Shown here: positions 9,993 through 19,901 of the stretch, piece by piece
How the letters are laid out: the number at the start of each line of letters is the position of its first letter
Position numbering within the stretch: position 1 is the first letter of the stretch
From: Synechococcus elongatus PCC 6301
Lineage (GTDB): Bacteria > Cyanobacteriota > Cyanobacteriia > Synechococcales > Synechococcaceae
Assembly (NCBI RefSeq): GCF_000010065.1
Contig: NC_006576.1
Span: forward strand, 2,100,001-2,132,000
DNA: 32,000 bases
Reading direction: 5' to 3'
The notes under the pieces: model-generated
The model's database searches: none
Seen by the model: only the letters and a program-made list of their open reading frames with translations
What the model was told of the DNA's origin: nothing
Program-made: the position numbers and the translations under genes

Positions 9993-10014
9993 GTAGTGAT
10001 TGTTTACAATCTAC
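9993..10014. promoter_or_regulatory. Near-palindromic 22-bp element upstream of nblA, candidate regulator site
   Basis: gtagtGATTGTTTACAATCtac: perfect GATTGT/ACAATC arms with outer GTA/TAC symmetry. Contains TTTACAAT, which resembles half of an HLR1/RpaB motif. Confidence 0.4.
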
Positions 10015-10225
10015 GCGCTGCTCCTGCTACGGGTGCTACAGAATTGGCGTGACTTTCCCAGGCAGCGCCTTGATCCTGAGAAAGGATTTGCCCTTTCTGA
10101 GACAGCGAACTGCCGGTAGGGCGATCTGCAGGACGCTTAAGGAACAGCCACAGATCCCCCTCGGGTGAAGCTCGGCGGCCACTCAGAATGAAGTAGAGGC
10201 AGCAGCATTGGAGGGTTGGCCTAAT

Positions 10226-10630
10226 ATGCGTTACTTCTTCTGGTCTTTACTTGCGATCGCTGCCGTCTTACCGATTTCGATCGCTCAGGCTGGGTCAGTG
10301 CGTATTGAGCAAGCCCCAAACTTGCAAATGTCTGGCATGTCTGGAGGGGGTCGTGCTAGCGACTGTGGCTACATTGGCAACCGCCCAAGCGAGCAAGTGA
10401 CTATCAGCCCGCAGTATGTGGAACAGTCAGGCTATCTGCGCATCAGTGTGACGGCTGCAGGCAATCCCACACTTCTGATCGAAGGCCCTTCAGGGCGCTT
10501 CTGCTCCGTGGGCCAAGGCGGACGCAATCCCCAGCACGTGGGCGTTTGGCCGGCTGGAGTCTACAACATCTACGTCGGCGATCGCCAGGGCCAGAGCCAT
10601 CCCTACCAGCTCAATCTGTCGGGGCGCTAA
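10226..10630 (+). CDS. Hypothetical secreted protein
   Basis: Signal peptide MRYFFWSLLAIAAVLPISIAQA followed by a compact Gly-rich domain ending VWPAGVYNIYVGDRQGQSHPYQLNLSGR. Confidence 0.75.
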   Translation: MRYFFWSLLAIAAVLPISIAQAGSVRIEQAPNLQMSGMSGGGRASDCGYIGNRPSEQVTISPQYVEQSGYLRISVTAAGNPTLLIEGPSGRFCSVGQGGRNPQHVGVWPAGVYNIYVGDRQGQSHPYQLNLSGR

Positions 10631-11028
10631 TCCTCGTCGAGATCCTGCACTTCGACCGCCTGCACATCGAGGGTTCCTGGCGGTGTGACGCGGACAAGCT
10701 GCCGATTTTTGACCTGCAAAACTTCGCCACAGCCTGGGCATTGCAGTGTCGACTGCCCTATCCCACTAACCGGGGTGCCACAGACTGGGCAAGGAGCGTT
10801 GATTAAGTTGCGGTTGATCCACCAGCGCAGGCCGAGAATGCCCAGAATGGGCAGCAGGATCAGCAGCCCAACCAGCCCAAACAAGGCATCGCGCAGCCAA
10901 TTGGGCAGAACTGAGAGCACCAACACGATCACCGCGATTGTGGCGAGACTGCGCCAAGGCGATGGACTGGGGCCAGCACCAAAGTTCACAGGAACCTCCT
11001 CAAGTGGCTGTTGTTTCCAGCTTGCCAC
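10627..11028 (-). CDS. Membrane protein with C-terminal zinc-ribbon-like motif
   Basis: Two TM segments then CPVCGTPVSGIGQSTLQCPGCGEVLQV (two CxxC knuckles). Stop codon overlaps the convergent gene's stop. Confidence 0.75.
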   Translation of the reverse strand: MASWKQQPLEEVPVNFGAGPSPSPWRSLATIAVIVLVLSVLPNWLRDALFGLVGLLILLPILGILGLRWWINRNLINAPCPVCGTPVSGIGQSTLQCPGCGEVLQVKNRQLVRVTPPGTLDVQAVEVQDLDED

Positions 11029-11150
11029 TTGCCTGTCCTCCAGCGCGTCGCAATGACCGCCCTAAAACCTTGGCAATAGCCGCTGTGCAGAGAGCTGAGT
11101 GAGACTGATCAACTCGCTATAGACTCGCGGAAGACGAACAGTAGCTGGCC

Positions 11151-12122
11151 ATGAACCTTGAGCAGGCCCTATCAGGGCGATTGCCGATTGTCTACAGCGA
11201 TCGCTTTTTGGACCATGACACGGGCTTAGGTCATCCGGAGCGGCCAGAGCGGTTATCGGCGACGGTGACCCATCTGCGATCGCAACCTTGGAGTACGGCT
11301 CTCGACTGGTATTTGCCCACCGATCTGGCGACGCGATCGCCCCTGCCTTGGATCGAGACTTGCCACTCGCTGCACTACATCGACAGCGTTCAGCACTTGG
11401 CTGAGCGGGGCGGCGGCTCCTTGGATCCGGATACGCCTTGCTCCGCCGCGAGCTACGAGGTAGCGCTGCTGGCCGTTAACGTCTGGCTGGATGGCATCGA
11501 TCGCTTGCTGACCAGGCAATCTCAGGCGGCCTTTGCCCTGACTCGCCCCCCCGGACATCACGCGCTGGCCACCCATGGCATGGGTTTTTGTCTGTTTGGC
11601 AATGCCGCGATCGCAGCCCGCTATGCTCTCGCTCAAGGACTGACGAAAGTTGCGATCGTCGATTGGGATGTCCATCACGGCAACGGGACGCAAGCCTTAG
11701 TCGAACAGCAGCCGGCGATCGCCTACGTCTCCCTCCACCAAAGTCCGGCTTACCCTGGCACGGGCTCCGCCTCGGAGACTGGCTTTTATGAAAATGTTCG
11801 CAACCTCCCCCTCCCCCCTGGCAGCGATGGGCAGGACTATCGCCAGTGTTTTGAGACGATCGTGCTGCCGTTTTTGCGCGCTTGGCAGCCGCAGTTGCTC
11901 ATTGTCAGTGCCGGCTACGATGCGGCAGCAGCCGATCCACTCGCCAACATGCGGTTACAGCCAGCGGATTACGGGGCCCTGACCCAGCAGCTGCGATCGC
12001 TGCAGATTCCTATTCTGTTTGGCCTCGAAGGGGGTTACGACCTCCCGGCTTTGTCGGCGTCGGTGGCGGCAACGCTGGCTGCTTGTCTGGAACCCCCGTC
12101 GGCTCCTAAGCAGTCAGGGTGA
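11151..12122 (+). CDS. Histone deacetylase/AcuC-family protein
   Basis: [50 protein letters not shown] and GGYDLPAL motifs. Confidence 0.93.
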   Translation: MNLEQALSGRLPIVYSDRFLDHDTGLGHPERPERLSATVTHLRSQPWSTALDWYLPTDLATRSPLPWIETCHSLHYIDSVQHLAERGGGSLDPDTPCSAASYEVALLAVNVWLDGIDRLLTRQSQAAFALTRPPGHHALATHGMGFCLFGNAAIAARYALAQGLTKVAIVDWDVHHGNGTQALVEQQPAIAYVSLHQSPAYPGTGSASETGFYENVRNLPLPPGSDGQDYRQCFETIVLPFLRAWQPQLLIVSAGYDAAAADPLANMRLQPADYGALTQQLRSLQIPILFGLEGGYDLPALSASVAATLAACLEPPSAPKQSG

Positions 12123-12182
12123 ATCCTGCGAGTACCTGGCGCGATCGGTTCTAAAATCGAGCCAATTGTCCGAACTGCCGCC

Positions 12183-13229
12183 ATGCTCGTTGCCCCGCCT
12201 GCCTTCGCCGAAGCTCAAGTCCTGCTGCAGCGTCTGTTAAATCACGAGTCGCTAGGGGCAGTGCAGGCCCGAGCCTTGATGGAGCAGTGGTCGTCGGGCA
12301 CCCTGCCCGAGGCTCTGTCTGGGGCACTTTTGGCTGCTTTGCAGAGTAAGGGCGTGTCTGCTCAAGAACTGGCGGCCATGGCGCAGGTGCTCCAAGAACA
12401 GGCCGTTGCAGTTGAAGCGAGCGATCGCCGGGAGCCCCTTGTCGATACCTGTGGGACCGGTGGTGACGGTGCCGAAACTTTCAACATCTCAACGGCCGTG
12501 GCTTTTGTGACGGCAGCGGCTGGCGTCAAAGTTGCCAAGCATGGCAATCGTTCTGCCTCTGGTCGGGTGGGGTCAGCGGATGTCCTCGAAGCTCTGGGGC
12601 TTAACCTGACAGCACCGAGCGATCGCATCCATGCGGCAGTGGATGAGGTCGGCATTACCTTCCTGTTTGCCCCAGGCTGGCATCCCGCCATGAAAGCCGT
12701 CGCTCCGCTCCGCAAAATCCTCGGAGTACGCACCGTCTTTAATCTGCTGGGCCCCTTGGTCAACCCGCTCCGCCCGACGGGGCAAGTCATTGGGGTCTAC
12801 AATCCCGGGCTGCTGCCCACGATCTCAGGAGCCTTGGCGGAACTCGGAGTTCGTCGGGCGATCGTGTTGCATGGTCGCGAAGGTCTGGACGAAGGGGGGC
12901 TAGCCGACTGCATGGATCTGGCGATCGTGCGCGAAGGGCAGCTCAGCCAGCAGGTTGTCGATCCCCGCGATCTGGGTTTGACCCAGGCCCCGACGGTCGC
13001 ACTCAAGGGCGGCAGTGTTGAAGAGAATGCCGATATTCTCAAAGCGGTTTTGCAAGGGAAGGGGACGCGGGCTCAGCAGGATGCGGTCCTGCTTAATGCC
13101 GCCTTAGCCTTGGAAGTTGGGGAGCAGGTCGATCGCCTTGACCAAGGCATCGGTTTGGCGCGATCGGTCTTGGCCAGTGGCGCGGCGTGGCAAAAGCTCA
13201 CCCAGTTAGCGGCCTTCCTTCAGAGCTAA
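12183..13229 (+). CDS. trpD: Anthranilate phosphoribosyltransferase
   Basis: [52 protein letters not shown] motifs. Confidence 0.97.
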   Translation: MLVAPPAFAEAQVLLQRLLNHESLGAVQARALMEQWSSGTLPEALSGALLAALQSKGVSAQELAAMAQVLQEQAVAVEASDRREPLVDTCGTGGDGAETFNISTAVAFVTAAAGVKVAKHGNRSASGRVGSADVLEALGLNLTAPSDRIHAAVDEVGITFLFAPGWHPAMKAVAPLRKILGVRTVFNLLGPLVNPLRPTGQVIGVYNPGLLPTISGALAELGVRRAIVLHGREGLDEGGLADCMDLAIVREGQLSQQVVDPRDLGLTQAPTVALKGGSVEENADILKAVLQGKGTRAQQDAVLLNAALALEVGEQVDRLDQGIGLARSVLASGAAWQKLTQLAAFLQS

Positions 13230-13324
13230 ACTCCTCAGGACTCTCGCTGGCCCTAAAACTCGAAATCGACCCGCGGTCGCGAGCCAGTGCGATAATGGTT
13301 CGGATCTCGGGCTTTTGCTGCGCT

Positions 13325-14470
13325 ATGTCCCTTGCTGAACGCCAAGCTGCTCTGCTCGTCTTGGCTGACGGATCCGTATTCCATGGTTACGCCTGCGGGG
13401 CGGCGGGAACGGTCATCGGTGAAGTTGTCTTCAACACCGGCATGACCGGCTATCAAGAAGTGCTGACAGACCCGAGCTACTGTGGGCAGATTGTCAGCTT
13501 TACCTATCCCGAGCTGGGCAACACCGGGGTCAACCCCGAAGACGAAGAGTCTGCCCGGCCTCAAGTCAGCGGCTTGATTGCTCGTAATGTTGCTCGCCGC
13601 CACAGCAACTGGCGGGCCGATCGCTCCCTGCCTGACTATTTGCAACAGCACAACATTGTTGGCATCTACGGCATCGACACCCGCGCCCTCACGCAACATT
13701 TGCGATCGACGGGGGCGATGAATGGCGGCATCTCCACAACTATTTTGGATCCTGAAGAACTCTGGGCAGAAGTCAAAGCCGCCCCATCCATGGAAGGGTT
13801 GAATTTGGTCGATCAAGTCACGACCGATCGCCCCTACGAGTGGCAAACTCCCACCAGTCAAACCTGGGAATTTATTGAAGGGCCAACCACAGAGTCCCTG
13901 ACAGTTGTCGCCATCGACTTCGGCGTGAAGCGCAATATCCTGCGCCGCTTGGCCAGCTATGGTTGCCGTGTGATCGTGGTTCCGGCCGATACGCCGATCG
14001 AAGAAATCCTGCGGCACGAGCCAGATGGTGTCTTTCTCTCCAATGGCCCTGGCGATCCAGCCACGGTCAAAAATGGGATCAGCACCGCCCAAGCACTCCT
14101 GCAAACTGGACTGCCGTTGTTTGGGATTTGCCTCGGGCACCAGATTCTGGGGTCAGCCTTGGGGGCTCAAACCTTCAAGCTCAAGTTTGGCCACCGGGGG
14201 CTCAACCACCCCTGTGGCTTGTCCCAGCAGGTCGAGATCACCGGCCAAAACCACGGCTTTGCGATCGCGGCGGACTCCTTAGGGCCGGATGTGGAAGTCA
14301 CCCACCTCAACCTCAACGATCGCACGGTAGCGGGGTTACGACACCGCCATCTGCCCGTCTTCTCGGTCCAGTATCACCCCGAAGCCAGCCCAGGGCCCCA
14401 TGATTCTGACTATCTGTTTGAGCAGTTTGTGGCTTTAATGCGCGATCGCCAACCCACTCCAGTGGCTTAG
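13325..14470 (+). CDS. carA: Carbamoyl-phosphate synthase small subunit
   Basis: [25 protein letters not shown], glutaminase [23 protein letters not shown]. True start likely MSLAERQ at 13325; the longer track ORF overlaps trpD. Confidence 0.96.
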   Translation: MSLAERQAALLVLADGSVFHGYACGAAGTVIGEVVFNTGMTGYQEVLTDPSYCGQIVSFTYPELGNTGVNPEDEESARPQVSGLIARNVARRHSNWRADRSLPDYLQQHNIVGIYGIDTRALTQHLRSTGAMNGGISTTILDPEELWAEVKAAPSMEGLNLVDQVTTDRPYEWQTPTSQTWEFIEGPTTESLTVVAIDFGVKRNILRRLASYGCRVIVVPADTPIEEILRHEPDGVFLSNGPGDPATVKNGISTAQALLQTGLPLFGICLGHQILGSALGAQTFKLKFGHRGLNHPCGLSQQVEITGQNHGFAIAADSLGPDVEVTHLNLNDRTVAGLRHRHLPVFSVQYHPEASPGPHDSDYLFEQFVALMRDRQPTPVA

Positions 14471-14520
14471 ACCAGTTGCGACTCTGGCTGCCCTGCCCCT
14501 ATACTTGAGCGTCTGCTGAG

Positions 14521-14913
14521 ATGACAACGCTGGAGGATACGGCCATTCGCGAAACGCTCGCCCTGACGGTTAGTTTGCGAGGAACCGTAGAAGTCAGGGA
14601 CGATTACCAATTGTTCCGGCTTACGGGTCAGCTCGATGCCTTCTCGGAGCCGACCTTCCGCAAGGTTCTTGGCAAGAGCCTAGAAGATGGGCCAAAACAT
14701 GCTATTCTAGATCTCTCGAAGATCGATTTTATCGATAGTTCTGGCTTAGGCGCTTTGGTTCAACTTGCGAAGCAAGCTCAAACCAGCAAAGGAAGTTTGC
14801 AAATTGTCACGAATCCCCGTGTCACACAGACTGTGAAACTCGTGCGATTAGAAAACTTCTTGGCCCTTCAGCCTTCGGTGGACGTAGCGCTGTCCAATAT
14901 CAGCGTGTCATAA
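14521..14913 (+). CDS. STAS-domain protein (anti-sigma factor antagonist-like)
   Basis: LTGQLDAFSEPTFRKVL...AILDLSKIDFIDSSGLGALVQLAKQA, with conserved phosphorylatable Ser in the DSSGLG motif. Confidence 0.9.
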   Translation: MTTLEDTAIRETLALTVSLRGTVEVRDDYQLFRLTGQLDAFSEPTFRKVLGKSLEDGPKHAILDLSKIDFIDSSGLGALVQLAKQAQTSKGSLQIVTNPRVTQTVKLVRLENFLALQPSVDVALSNISVS

Positions 14914-14915
14914 GC

Positions 14916-15332
14916 TTGTTCGTTCCCGAGTCAGACCCCCTCCGCGGCGATCGCCGCCTCAGTCCTGCGGCAGCAAAGCAACTGGCGCCCCAGGCACTAG
15001 CCTACCTAGGAGATGCCCTCTACGAATTCCATGTGCGCCTGCGTTTGTTACTGCCGGCGCAGCGTTCCCATCAAGTTCACCAGTCTGTGGTTGGTGCAGT
15101 GCGAGCCGAGCGCCAAGCGGAATTGTTGGTGAGTCTACTACCGCTGCTGACAGCGGAAGAACTTGAGATTGTCCGTCGCGGTCGTAATGCGGCCGGACGT
15201 GTGCCACGCCGCCTGACTGGAGAATACTATCAGCAGGCAACAGGGTTAGAGACCCTGCTGGGCTATCTCTATCTGTGTGATCCCCAGCGCTTGCAAGCGC
15301 TACTCCAGCAGCTGCCCGTCACCGAGTACTGA
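14916..15332 (+). CDS. mrnC: Mini-ribonuclease 3-like protein
   Basis: [19 protein letters not shown]...[13 protein letters not shown]...RRGRNA...[19 protein letters not shown] start immediately after the STAS stop. Confidence 0.85.
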   Translation: MFVPESDPLRGDRRLSPAAAKQLAPQALAYLGDALYEFHVRLRLLLPAQRSHQVHQSVVGAVRAERQAELLVSLLPLLTAEELEIVRRGRNAAGRVPRRLTGEYYQQATGLETLLGYLYLCDPQRLQALLQQLPVTEY

Positions 15333-15373
15333 CGCCAGCTCTTCTGAATTTTTCTCCACGCGCGAGCTTTTTC

Positions 15374-16933
15374 ATGTCTGACTATTCGGATCGTTCTGAC
15401 TTTTCTGAACGCCAAGATCGTTCGAGTGACGATCGCCCGAACTTCCGCCGTTTTGATCGCGATCGTCCCAGTGAAGGTCGCCGTCTTGAAGGCCGCTCAG
15501 AGGGCGGATACCGAGGCCGCGATGATCGCGGCGGCAGTGGCGGCTATCGCCAGAATCGCGACGACCGCGGTGGCTTCCGGGGTCGTGATGATCGGGGCGG
15601 CTATCGGGGAGGCGACCGCGATCGTCCCAGTGAAGGTCGTCGTTTTGAAGGCCGCTCAGAGGGCGGATACCGAGGCCGCGATGATCGCGGCGGCAGTGGC
15701 GGCTATCGCCAGAATCGCGACGACCGTGGTGGCTTCCGGGGTCGTGATGATCGGGGCGGCTATCGGGGAGGCGATCGCGATCGTCCGAGCGAAGGTCGTC
15801 GTTTTGAAGGCCGCTCAGAGGGCGGTTTCCGGGGTCGTGATGACCGTGGCGGCAGTGGTGGTTACCGGGGTCGCGATGATCGCGGTGGCTTCCGAGGTCG
15901 TGACGATCGGGGCGGTTTCCGGGGCCGTGATGACCGTGGCAGTAGTGGTAGTTACCGGGGTCGTGATGATCGTGGTGGCTTCCGAGGTCGTGATGACCGA
16001 CGCGACGATCGTGATAACTTCCGGCCCAGCCGCGATCGCGAATTGAATCGGGAAGTCAACACCAGTCCCGCCGGCGATCAGGAAGCGACCGATCACGAAT
16101 TGATCTACGGTCGTCATGCTGTCTTGGCTGCCCTCCAAGGCAACCGGACCCTCAACCGTATCTGGGTGACGCCGCGTCTGCGCTATGAATCAACTTTCCT
16201 GGAGTTGATTGACGCTGCTAAAGCCGGTGGTGCCGTGGTTGACGAAGTTCCCGTTGAGCGGATTCGTCAGCTGACCGATGGTGCTGTTCACCAAGGAATT
16301 GCCGCTCAAGTTGCTCCCTACCCCTACCAAGAACTCAGCGATCTCATTGCCCAAGCTAAGGCTGCAACCACAGATCCCGTGATTGTGGTTGCCGATGGGA
16401 TCACTGATCCCCACAACTTGGGTGCCATCATTCGGACCGCAGGAGCCTTGGGCGCTCACGGTTTGGTGATCCCGCAGCGGCGTGCGGTCGGTGTGACTGC
16501 GGCTGTCGCGAAAGTAGCTGCTGGTGCACTGGAAAGCTTCCCTGTCGCGCGAGTCGTCAACCTCAATCCCGCCCTCGAAGAGTTGAAGGATGCCGGTTTC
16601 TGGATCTATGGTGCGGCTGGCGAAGCCAAGCAATCGATTCATGAGACCAGCTTCAGCGGGCCAGTCGTGCTGGTTGTGGGATCCGAAGATGAAGGCCTCA
16701 GCCTTCTGACTCGAGAGCGCTGCGACCACCTCATTTCGATTCCGCTCCGTGGCAAGACGAACAGCCTCAATGCTTCGGTGGCAGCCGGCATGGTGCTGTA
16801 CGAAGTGAGCCGTCAACGCCAACAGCTGACCCATCATCTTGAGGGGATCGCTGACAACGGCGCAACAGCGTTGACGACGGCAGCAGTTGAGTTTGCTGGA
16901 GCTGCGGCTGGCCTTGGGGAACTAGGTCTCTAA
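15374..16933 (+). CDS. rlmB: TrmH/SpoU-family 23S rRNA (guanosine-2'-O)-methyltransferase (RlmB-like) with extended RG/DRGG-rich N-terminal region
   Basis: C-terminal [23 protein letters not shown]...[31 protein letters not shown]...[45 protein letters not shown]-terminal ~215 aa is low-complexity. Confidence 0.94.
   Translation: MSDYSDRSDFSERQDRSSDDRPNFRRFDRDRPSEGRRLEGRSEGGYRGRDDRGGSGGYRQNRDDRGGFRGRDDRGGYRGGDRDRPSEGRRFEGRSEGGYRGRDDRGGSGGYRQNRDDRGGFRGRDDRGGYRGGDRDRPSEGRRFEGRSEGGFRGRDDRGGSGGYRGRDDRGGFRGRDDRGGFRGRDDRGSSGSYRGRDDRGGFRGRDDRRDDRDNFRPSRDRELNREVNTSPAGDQEATDHELIYGRHAVLAALQGNRTLNRIWVTPRLRYESTFLELIDAAKAGGAVVDEVPVERIRQLTDGAVHQGIAAQVAPYPYQELSDLIAQAKAATTDPVIVVADGITDPHNLGAIIRTAGALGAHGLVIPQRRAVGVTAAVAKVAAGALESFPVARVVNLNPALEELKDAGFWIYGAAGEAKQSIHETSFSGPVVLVVGSEDEGLSLLTRERCDHLISIPLRGKTNSLNASVAAGMVLYEVSRQRQQLTHHLEGIADNGATALTTAAVEFAGAAAGLGELGL
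15462..15938 (+). repeat. 159-bp (53-aa) in-frame tandem repeat, about three units, last one diverged
   Basis: The motif atcgtcc[ca]g[tc]gaaggtcg recurs at 15462, 15621 and 15780, exactly 159 nt apart. Encodes DRPSEGRR(L/F)EGRSEGG(Y/F)[13 protein letters not shown]... Confidence 0.9.
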
Positions 16934-16957
16934 GCACTGGCCAGTGAATTGAAAAAT

Positions 16958-17003
16958 CGAGAGGCTCGGAGTATAACCATGCCTAAGTGCAACTAGCCTC
17001 TCG
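16958..17003. terminator. Long-loop hairpin, candidate Rho-independent terminator or small structured RNA
   Basis: Perfect 9-bp arms CGAGAGGCT (16958-16966) and AGCCTCTCG (16995-17003) downstream of the rlmB stop. On the - strand the stem is followed by ATTTTTC. Confidence 0.45.
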
Positions 17004-17048
17004 GTTGCCCTCCATTTTCTCCTGCTCTTACGCGAGGTCTCGGCATCG

Positions 17049-17336
17049 ATGATTAATCTCGCCCATGCGATCGCAGCAAACCTAGGTCTGGCTATCTGGG
17101 TTGAGATTCAGACAGATAGCCCTGTCTGCACCTATTACTTTGGGCCATTCCTGTCTCGATCATCGGCAGAAGCTGCAGTGGAAGGCTACAAGGAAGATCT
17201 GCTGCAAGAAGGGGCTCAAAATCTTCGCGTCAAAATTCAGCGTTCTAAGGAACCGGAAGTCTTGACGGTGACAGAGGATTGGGGGGCTTACTCCCGCACT
17301 GCTTCGCCCAGCCCGATGTTCAGTGGCCAGCTTTAA
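17049..17336 (+). CDS. DUF1816-like small conserved cyanobacterial protein
   Basis: 95 aa, GLAIWVEIQTDSPVCTYYFGPFLSRSSAEAAVEGYKEDLLQEGAQNL, pattern of the phycobilisome-era DUF1816 family. Confidence 0.75.
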   Translation: MINLAHAIAANLGLAIWVEIQTDSPVCTYYFGPFLSRSSAEAAVEGYKEDLLQEGAQNLRVKIQRSKEPEVLTVTEDWGAYSRTASPSPMFSGQL

Positions 17337-17435
17337 ATCAGGCTTGCGATCGCAGATCTAATTCTTTAGATATCGAGAGCCGCCGCCCCGGCTTTTATAC
17401 TGAAGAGTGACTTTTCAGGAGTGCTGGGGCGCTAC

Positions 17436-18875
17436 ATGGCTTCAATTCGAGAACTGCACAGCCAGCTAGTTCGTAAGGAGCGCAGTGCAGTCGAAATTGC
17501 TGAAGCGGCGCTACAGCGTATCGAAACCCTCGAGCCACAGCTCAAAAGTTTTTTGCACGTCACAGCTGATCAGGCAATCGCTCAAGCCAAGGCAGTAGAT
17601 CAGCGAATCGCTGCCGGTGAAGAGATTAGCCTTCTAGCGGGCATTCCGATCGGCATTAAGGACAACCTTTGCACGCGGGGTATTCCCACTACCTGCGCCT
17701 CCAAGATTTTGCAGGGGTTTGTCCCTCCCTACGAGTCCACCGTCACCCAACGGCTTGCAGAAGCAGGAGCCGTAGCGGTTGGCAAGACAAACTTGGATGA
17801 GTTTGCCGTGGGCAGCTCGACCGAGAACTCTGCTTACCAAACCACTGCCAATCCCTGGGACTTAACCCGTGTTCCTGGCGGATCGTCCGGGGGGTCGGCG
17901 GCAGCGGTTGCAGCGGATGAATGCGTGGTTGCCCTCGGTTCAGATACGGGTGGTTCCATTCGCCAACCTGCTGCCTTTTGCGGCGTTGTTGGGCTGAAGC
18001 CAACCTATGGTCTGGTCTCTCGCTATGGCTTAGTCGCCTATGCGTCTTCGCTCGATCAGATTGGCCCCTTCTCTCGGAGCGTCGAAGATACGGCGATTTT
18101 GTTGGGGGCGATCGCCGGACATGATCCCAAAGATGCCACCAGCCTCAAAGTCGAGGTACCGGACTACACCCAGTTTCTCAAGCCCAGTTTGGCTGGCATC
18201 AAGGTCGGCGTGATTACTGAAACGGTGACAGATTCACCGGCAGGACAAGCGATGCAGGCTGCCCTAGAAGTCCTGCAGGGGCTGGGGGCAGAAATTCGCG
18301 AGATTTCCTGTCCGCGCTTCGCCTATGGTCTGCCGGCTTATTACATCATTGCGCCGTCGGAAGCATCAGCGAACTTGGCTCGCTATGACGGTGTTAAGTA
18401 CGGCTACCGCGTCGAAGAAGCAGAGACCCTGATCGACATGTATTGTCGGACGCGGGCAGAGGGTTTTGGCAGCGAGGTCAAGCGCCGGATCATGATCGGC
18501 ACCTATGCGTTGTCGGCTGGCTACTACGATGCCTATTACCTCAAGGCTCAGAAAGTTCGCACGCTGATTAAGCAAGACTTTGAAGCAGCTTTCGCAGAAG
18601 TCGATGTTTTGGTTTCACCCACAACCCCGACCACGGCTTTCAAAGCAGGCGAAAAAACTGCCGACCCGCTGAGCATGTACCTGTCAGACTTAATGACCAT
18701 TCCGGTGAATTCGGCCGGTTTGCCAGGCTTGAGCTTGCCCTGTGGCTTTGATGAGGCTGGTTTGCCCTACGGTTTGCAGATCATCGGTAATGTCCTGCGC
18801 GAAGACCAGGTGCTCCATACTGCCTACGCTTACGAGCAGGCAACGGAGTGGCATCTGCGGCAGCCGGCGCTCTAG
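17436..18875 (+). CDS. gatA: Glutamyl-tRNA(Gln) amidotransferase subunit A
   Basis: [24 protein letters not shown]...[17 protein letters not shown]...[16 protein letters not shown], amidase signature. Likely start MASIREL at 17436. Confidence 0.97.
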   Translation: MASIRELHSQLVRKERSAVEIAEAALQRIETLEPQLKSFLHVTADQAIAQAKAVDQRIAAGEEISLLAGIPIGIKDNLCTRGIPTTCASKILQGFVPPYESTVTQRLAEAGAVAVGKTNLDEFAVGSSTENSAYQTTANPWDLTRVPGGSSGGSAAAVAADECVVALGSDTGGSIRQPAAFCGVVGLKPTYGLVSRYGLVAYASSLDQIGPFSRSVEDTAILLGAIAGHDPKDATSLKVEVPDYTQFLKPSLAGIKVGVITETVTDSPAGQAMQAALEVLQGLGAEIREISCPRFAYGLPAYYIIAPSEASANLARYDGVKYGYRVEEAETLIDMYCRTRAEGFGSEVKRRIMIGTYALSAGYYDAYYLKAQKVRTLIKQDFEAAFAEVDVLVSPTTPTTAFKAGEKTADPLSMYLSDLMTIPVNSAGLPGLSLPCGFDEAGLPYGLQIIGNVLREDQVLHTAYAYEQATEWHLRQPAL

Positions 18876-18879
18876 GGCA

Positions 18880-19740
18880 ATGCTGCTGCGATCGCTCCTC
18901 CTGATCCTCCTTGGCTGTGGGAGTGTCGTTCTGCTGTTTCTGGCGGCAATCTGGCTGGGACAGTCGCGGCTGATTTTCCGTCCTGCTAAGGATGAGCCTA
19001 TCCCGGAATCGCTGCTGGCCTATCAGCCCGCAGAGGTCTGGATTGCCCTGCAGCCCCAAGCAGTGCGATCGCCTCGGCTCCAAGCCTGGTGGTTTCCCAA
19101 TCAGGGGGTTACTCCTTGGACCGTTCTCTACCTGCACGGCATTCAAGGGCGCTGGGTCGACACGGAAGATCGACTCTTGCAGTTGCTCTCCTTGGGGCTA
19201 TCAGTGCTAGTTCTGCAATATCGCGGTTACGGACGCAGCTCTGGCCCTTTCCCCAACGAGCAACGGGTCTGCGCGGATGCTGAAGCGGCAGTTGCCTATC
19301 TGGCCAAGGAACACGCCATTCCCAGTGATCGCTTGTTAGTTTATGGCCACTCTTTGGGTGGTGCGATCGCGGCTGAGCTAGCTAACCGTCAGCCCAAACT
19401 AGCAGGCTTAATTCTGGAGGGATCCTTCAGCTCGATGCGGGCGATGACTCAATATCGGCAGCGGTTTGCTTGGTTCCCCAACTGGCTCTTGCACCAACGC
19501 TTTGATACCCTCGCTAAAGTGCGGCAGTCGTCGGTACCGGTGTTAATTCTGCACGGTGAAGCAGATACCGAGGTGCCAGCCCTAATGAGTGAAGCCCTGT
19601 TCTTGGCCGCTGCAGGGCCAAAGCAACTCTGTCGGATTCCCGATGGGGGGCATAACGACTTGCCGAAGCTGGCAGGCGATCGCTATCGACAGGCTTTTCA
19701 GCGTTTTCTCGATTTAGTGGCTGCGCGATCGCGAGCCTAG
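18880..19740 (+). CDS. Alpha/beta hydrolase with N-terminal membrane anchor
   Basis: N-terminal LLRSLLLILLGCGSVVLLFLAAIW, nucleophile elbow VYGHSLGGAIA, PVLILHGEADTEVP, GGHNDL. Confidence 0.88.
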   Translation: MLLRSLLLILLGCGSVVLLFLAAIWLGQSRLIFRPAKDEPIPESLLAYQPAEVWIALQPQAVRSPRLQAWWFPNQGVTPWTVLYLHGIQGRWVDTEDRLLQLLSLGLSVLVLQYRGYGRSSGPFPNEQRVCADAEAAVAYLAKEHAIPSDRLLVYGHSLGGAIAAELANRQPKLAGLILEGSFSSMRAMTQYRQRFAWFPNWLLHQRFDTLAKVRQSSVPVLILHGEADTEVPALMSEALFLAAAGPKQLCRIPDGGHNDLPKLAGDRYRQAFQRFLDLVAARSRA

Positions 19741-19901
19741 GTAGGCATCCCAGCAACGTTCCAGTGAATCGGGTGAGGCGTTTCCAGGCATGACTTGCAC
19801 TGCTTCCTGCTGTTCTCGTCGCTAAACCTGTGCAGGGGGGCATCCTAGGACGGGTCGTTTCAGGCTGTCTGAACGAGCCATCGCCCCTTGGGAGATTGAA
19901 G

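Noticed and set aside
13187-13324. Upstream extension of carA into trpD
   Set aside because: Sequence before MSLAERQ does not resemble CarA and overlaps the trpD C-terminus; start at 13325 preferred.
13253-14140. 295-aa - strand ORF antisense to carA
   Set aside because: Long but overlaps the strongly supported carA; its sequence shows no recognisable domain and is explained by codon bias.
15462-15938. Possible CRISPR-like or intergenic direct repeat array
   Set aside because: Repeats are 159 bp, contiguous with no unique spacers, and keep the reading frame of the rRNA methyltransferase N-terminus. They are a coding tandem repeat.
18742-18879. Upstream extension of the alpha/beta hydrolase ORF into gatA
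   Set aside because: This portion is an out-of-frame reading of the gatA 3' end; the anchor sequence starting at ATG 18880 is the plausible start.
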